64,000 bases of DNA from Phoronis australis (taxonomy: Eukaryota > Animalia > Phoronida): positions 117,408 to 181,407 of the forward strand of contig NMRA01000207.1 of the NCBI GenBank assembly GCA_002633005.1, written 5' to 3'. The notes under the pieces are model-generated. The model had not been told where the DNA came from and searched no databases. It saw nothing but the letters and a program-made list of their open reading frames with translations. Position numbers and translations under genes: made by a program. Positions 61,442 to 64,000 of the stretch are shown here, piece by piece. Every line of letters begins with the position of its first letter. Position 1 is the stretch's first letter.

Positions 61442-62120
61442 TATAGATGAAGGTGGCATAGGAACTGAAAGTTAAGTAAAGACGCCACTACCCAAAAAAT
61501 GCCTTATTGTTGGGTTACATGAAAATTGAAATTGACAGCCAATTTGATTATAAACTTCATAGATTCATTTGTAAAGGCCGGACAAGTTTCTTAAAATATT
61601 AATGCAACATGGAAAATCTTCAGAGGAGAATGAACACATGGCTGTGAACCAACAATTAAACAATTAAATGGTGGTGTGACCCAACTCTACGAATGTCAGG
61701 GTTTCATCAAGCATGGAGGGCTACAAAGCAAGTGACTTCAATAAAAGCTAGTGCCTTTTGTCAGGCGTAAGTTCTCGCTCATTCGGTTTACCTACCATGT
61801 TGAATTCTTAACTGAAGCGATTTGGGGTTTAAAAACATTACCAGGCTCACCCGATCTTGAATTGTGGCACAATGAGCTAACAACTGAAGTCACACAAGCA
61901 ATGATATATGCATCATTTCTGAATCCACAATTTTAGGTCGGACAACTGCAATACACTCTAAAGCATTTTCAAAAGTCGTTGATCTTATGATGTTCTTGTT
62001 GGTGATGGATAAATAGAATCCTGATATGACAGGAATTAATCAAACCAATTTTCAAATCAGACTAAAAGGCCTAATTAGGTTTTTCATTTTAGCTCAGCTA
62101 ATCAAGGCAAAATGCTCATT

Positions 62121-62650
62121 GGTTCCCTGCTTGTCCGCTAGGGGGTAGAGGACCCACAGGTATCACTTAATTTTCCTTGGCGTTTCTGATTGGCTCAACA
62201 GGTAGCGCTTTAGATAAACAAACTGGCATGACCGAGGGACGAAGTGTAAACGTGGATAGTTTGTGGTCTGTTGTACCTGTAGACAAATTGGTGCTTAATT
62301 GACTGGGATGTGTTCAAGAAATGTGAATTTGTGCCTTTTTGGTGTGCGTTTTTCTATGTTGCTGTCCTGTATTCAAACAGTTATGAATAACACATTGGTT
62401 AAATCAGCTAGATCTGTGTGTGCAGTGTATGCGCTTCAAGCATGCGGGTATTAAACATAATTGCAGAAACGAAATATTTTCTCTTACGCCACTTGGATGA
62501 CAAGGCTAAAAATTGTTCACAGTCTGCCATTTTCTTTCTTTGTTGCAAAGCTAACTAACGACCACTGAAGTTACATCAACCAGGGATAAAACGCGTGCTA
62601 CTGAATGATACCTGTACCCCTAGCGGTCCCTAGTGGATACACAGGGAACC
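62121..62650. mobile_element. MITE-like element
   Basis: ggttccctg..tccgctaggg..caggtatca / tgatacctg..ccctagcgg..cagggaacc. Confidence 0.65.
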
Positions 62651-64000
62651 AGCGAGGGCAAACTGTGGCTTTGAATCCATATTATGACTGGCTGCTCCAG
62701 AGAGTGTCTCAAAACAGCAGTCCCTGATTATGAGAACCAGTTTCATCCACTGAATAATGCTTTCGTTATTCAGTGATTGCCTGGTTTTCAATAACAGGGG
62801 CTGCTATATCCGACCAGTGACGTATAGTCACGGCTGTGGGAAACCAGCAATATAAGCAGAGAATTGATGAATAATAGTAGGAGAGAAATTGGTGAATGTG
62901 CAGATGTAGAGATAATCTGACGCACTGCCTTTTTGTAGACAATTAATATGGGCAAAAAACACAAATAAACGGGTCTTAAGAACCAATCTCAGGATAAATA
63001 AGGAAAATAAATAATCAAATGGAAGGTACATATGTAAAGATGGGGAAATGAAAAATATACACAAAGACAAGGGCCAAAAAAACAAAAAAATTAGGCAACA
63101 ATGCTAGCTAACCAACCAACACCATACCACCTGCAAGATAACCAACCAACACCATACCAAGCAATGACCTTGGCTACTGTGTTGACTCACTTACAAACAC
63201 AAAACCGCTTCCCCATATGACCCCATCCCAAAACGGTAGAAAATGCCCAGCATCAAAGGTGGTCTAGGAAAGCAACTACATACTAGAAAAACTAGTGACA
63301 AATACGCCAAATGTTCTGATTGCCCTGGTTCTGTAGTTAGGTCTAGTACTGTGTACTGCTGTAACCAACCAGACCTGCTTCAACACAGTGCCAGACTTGA
63401 CAGGCCACATTCATGGGCTTCTGATGACTGTGTGTAGGACAAACGGGGAAGCTGTCACAGTGATCAATTACAGGGCAACACAAGACAAGGTCAAGGACGA
63501 TTACAATAATATCTGCCATGGAAAAAACGAGTAAAGTAAAATTTCGCTTGTCAGCCACACTGTGTCCTAAATTAGTGAGAGTATACCATACAAATATACT
63601 TTTGATCATTTAACAGTGTATCTGATACGAGTACAAAAGGAAAAAAGTGAAAGATAGAATATTTTTTGTCGTAAGAACAACACGGCTGGCAATAATTGTT
63701 AGTGGTAACATAAGTTGCATCAGCAAAAGCATTGGATTTAACTGAAAATTAAACTGCAAGATAAAGGAATGGGAAGGACCAACAGTTAATGGCAGGTGAG
63801 TCTAATTTTGACGTTTCGTGAATGTCAGCATATTCTTTCACAGAGACTATCGCCAGAACAGATCCCAAAGATAACTTGCAGTCAGTCAAGTGTGCAGACA
63901 GATTACAATCTGAACAGCCAAACTTATTGGCTTACCCAATAGTAAAGGTGCTCTGTTAGCTGGTTATCCTTGTAAGCCGATTGACGAAAATGTTGTAGAT

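Overview
Intron-rich, AT-rich metazoan (probably invertebrate bilaterian) genomic DNA with two convergent genes, assembled by hand from GT/AG junctions and phase checks. The + strand carries the 3' part of TTC37/SKIC3 (SKI complex TPR subunit). The - strand carries a complete DENND4/CRAG-type Rab GEF CDS (ATG 50750 to TGA 19811, 24-25 coding exons, about 2060-2080 aa). The most unusual region is 5722-15646, a three-copy tandem array of a ~1.2-kb unit. Each unit carries a 90-nt phase-1/phase-1 exon that continues the TTC37 frame, plus a candidate stop-containing last exon. Copies 1 and 3 carry their own transposon insertions: a ~2-kb composite with a nested CAGGG-TIR element and a GTGACCC-TIR element with ATTT TSD in copy 1, and a near-intact piggyBac in copy 3. 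Copy 2 preserves the empty sites. A 2.5-kb duplication of a DENND4 exon (41815-46778) is joined at an 'n' and is probably an uncollapsed haplotype. The introns hold many MITEs and minisatellites, and one SINE-like head has a TTAGGG array between its A and B boxes. No prokaryotic system, CRISPR array or rRNA was found. All homology calls are from recalled protein motifs, not database searches.
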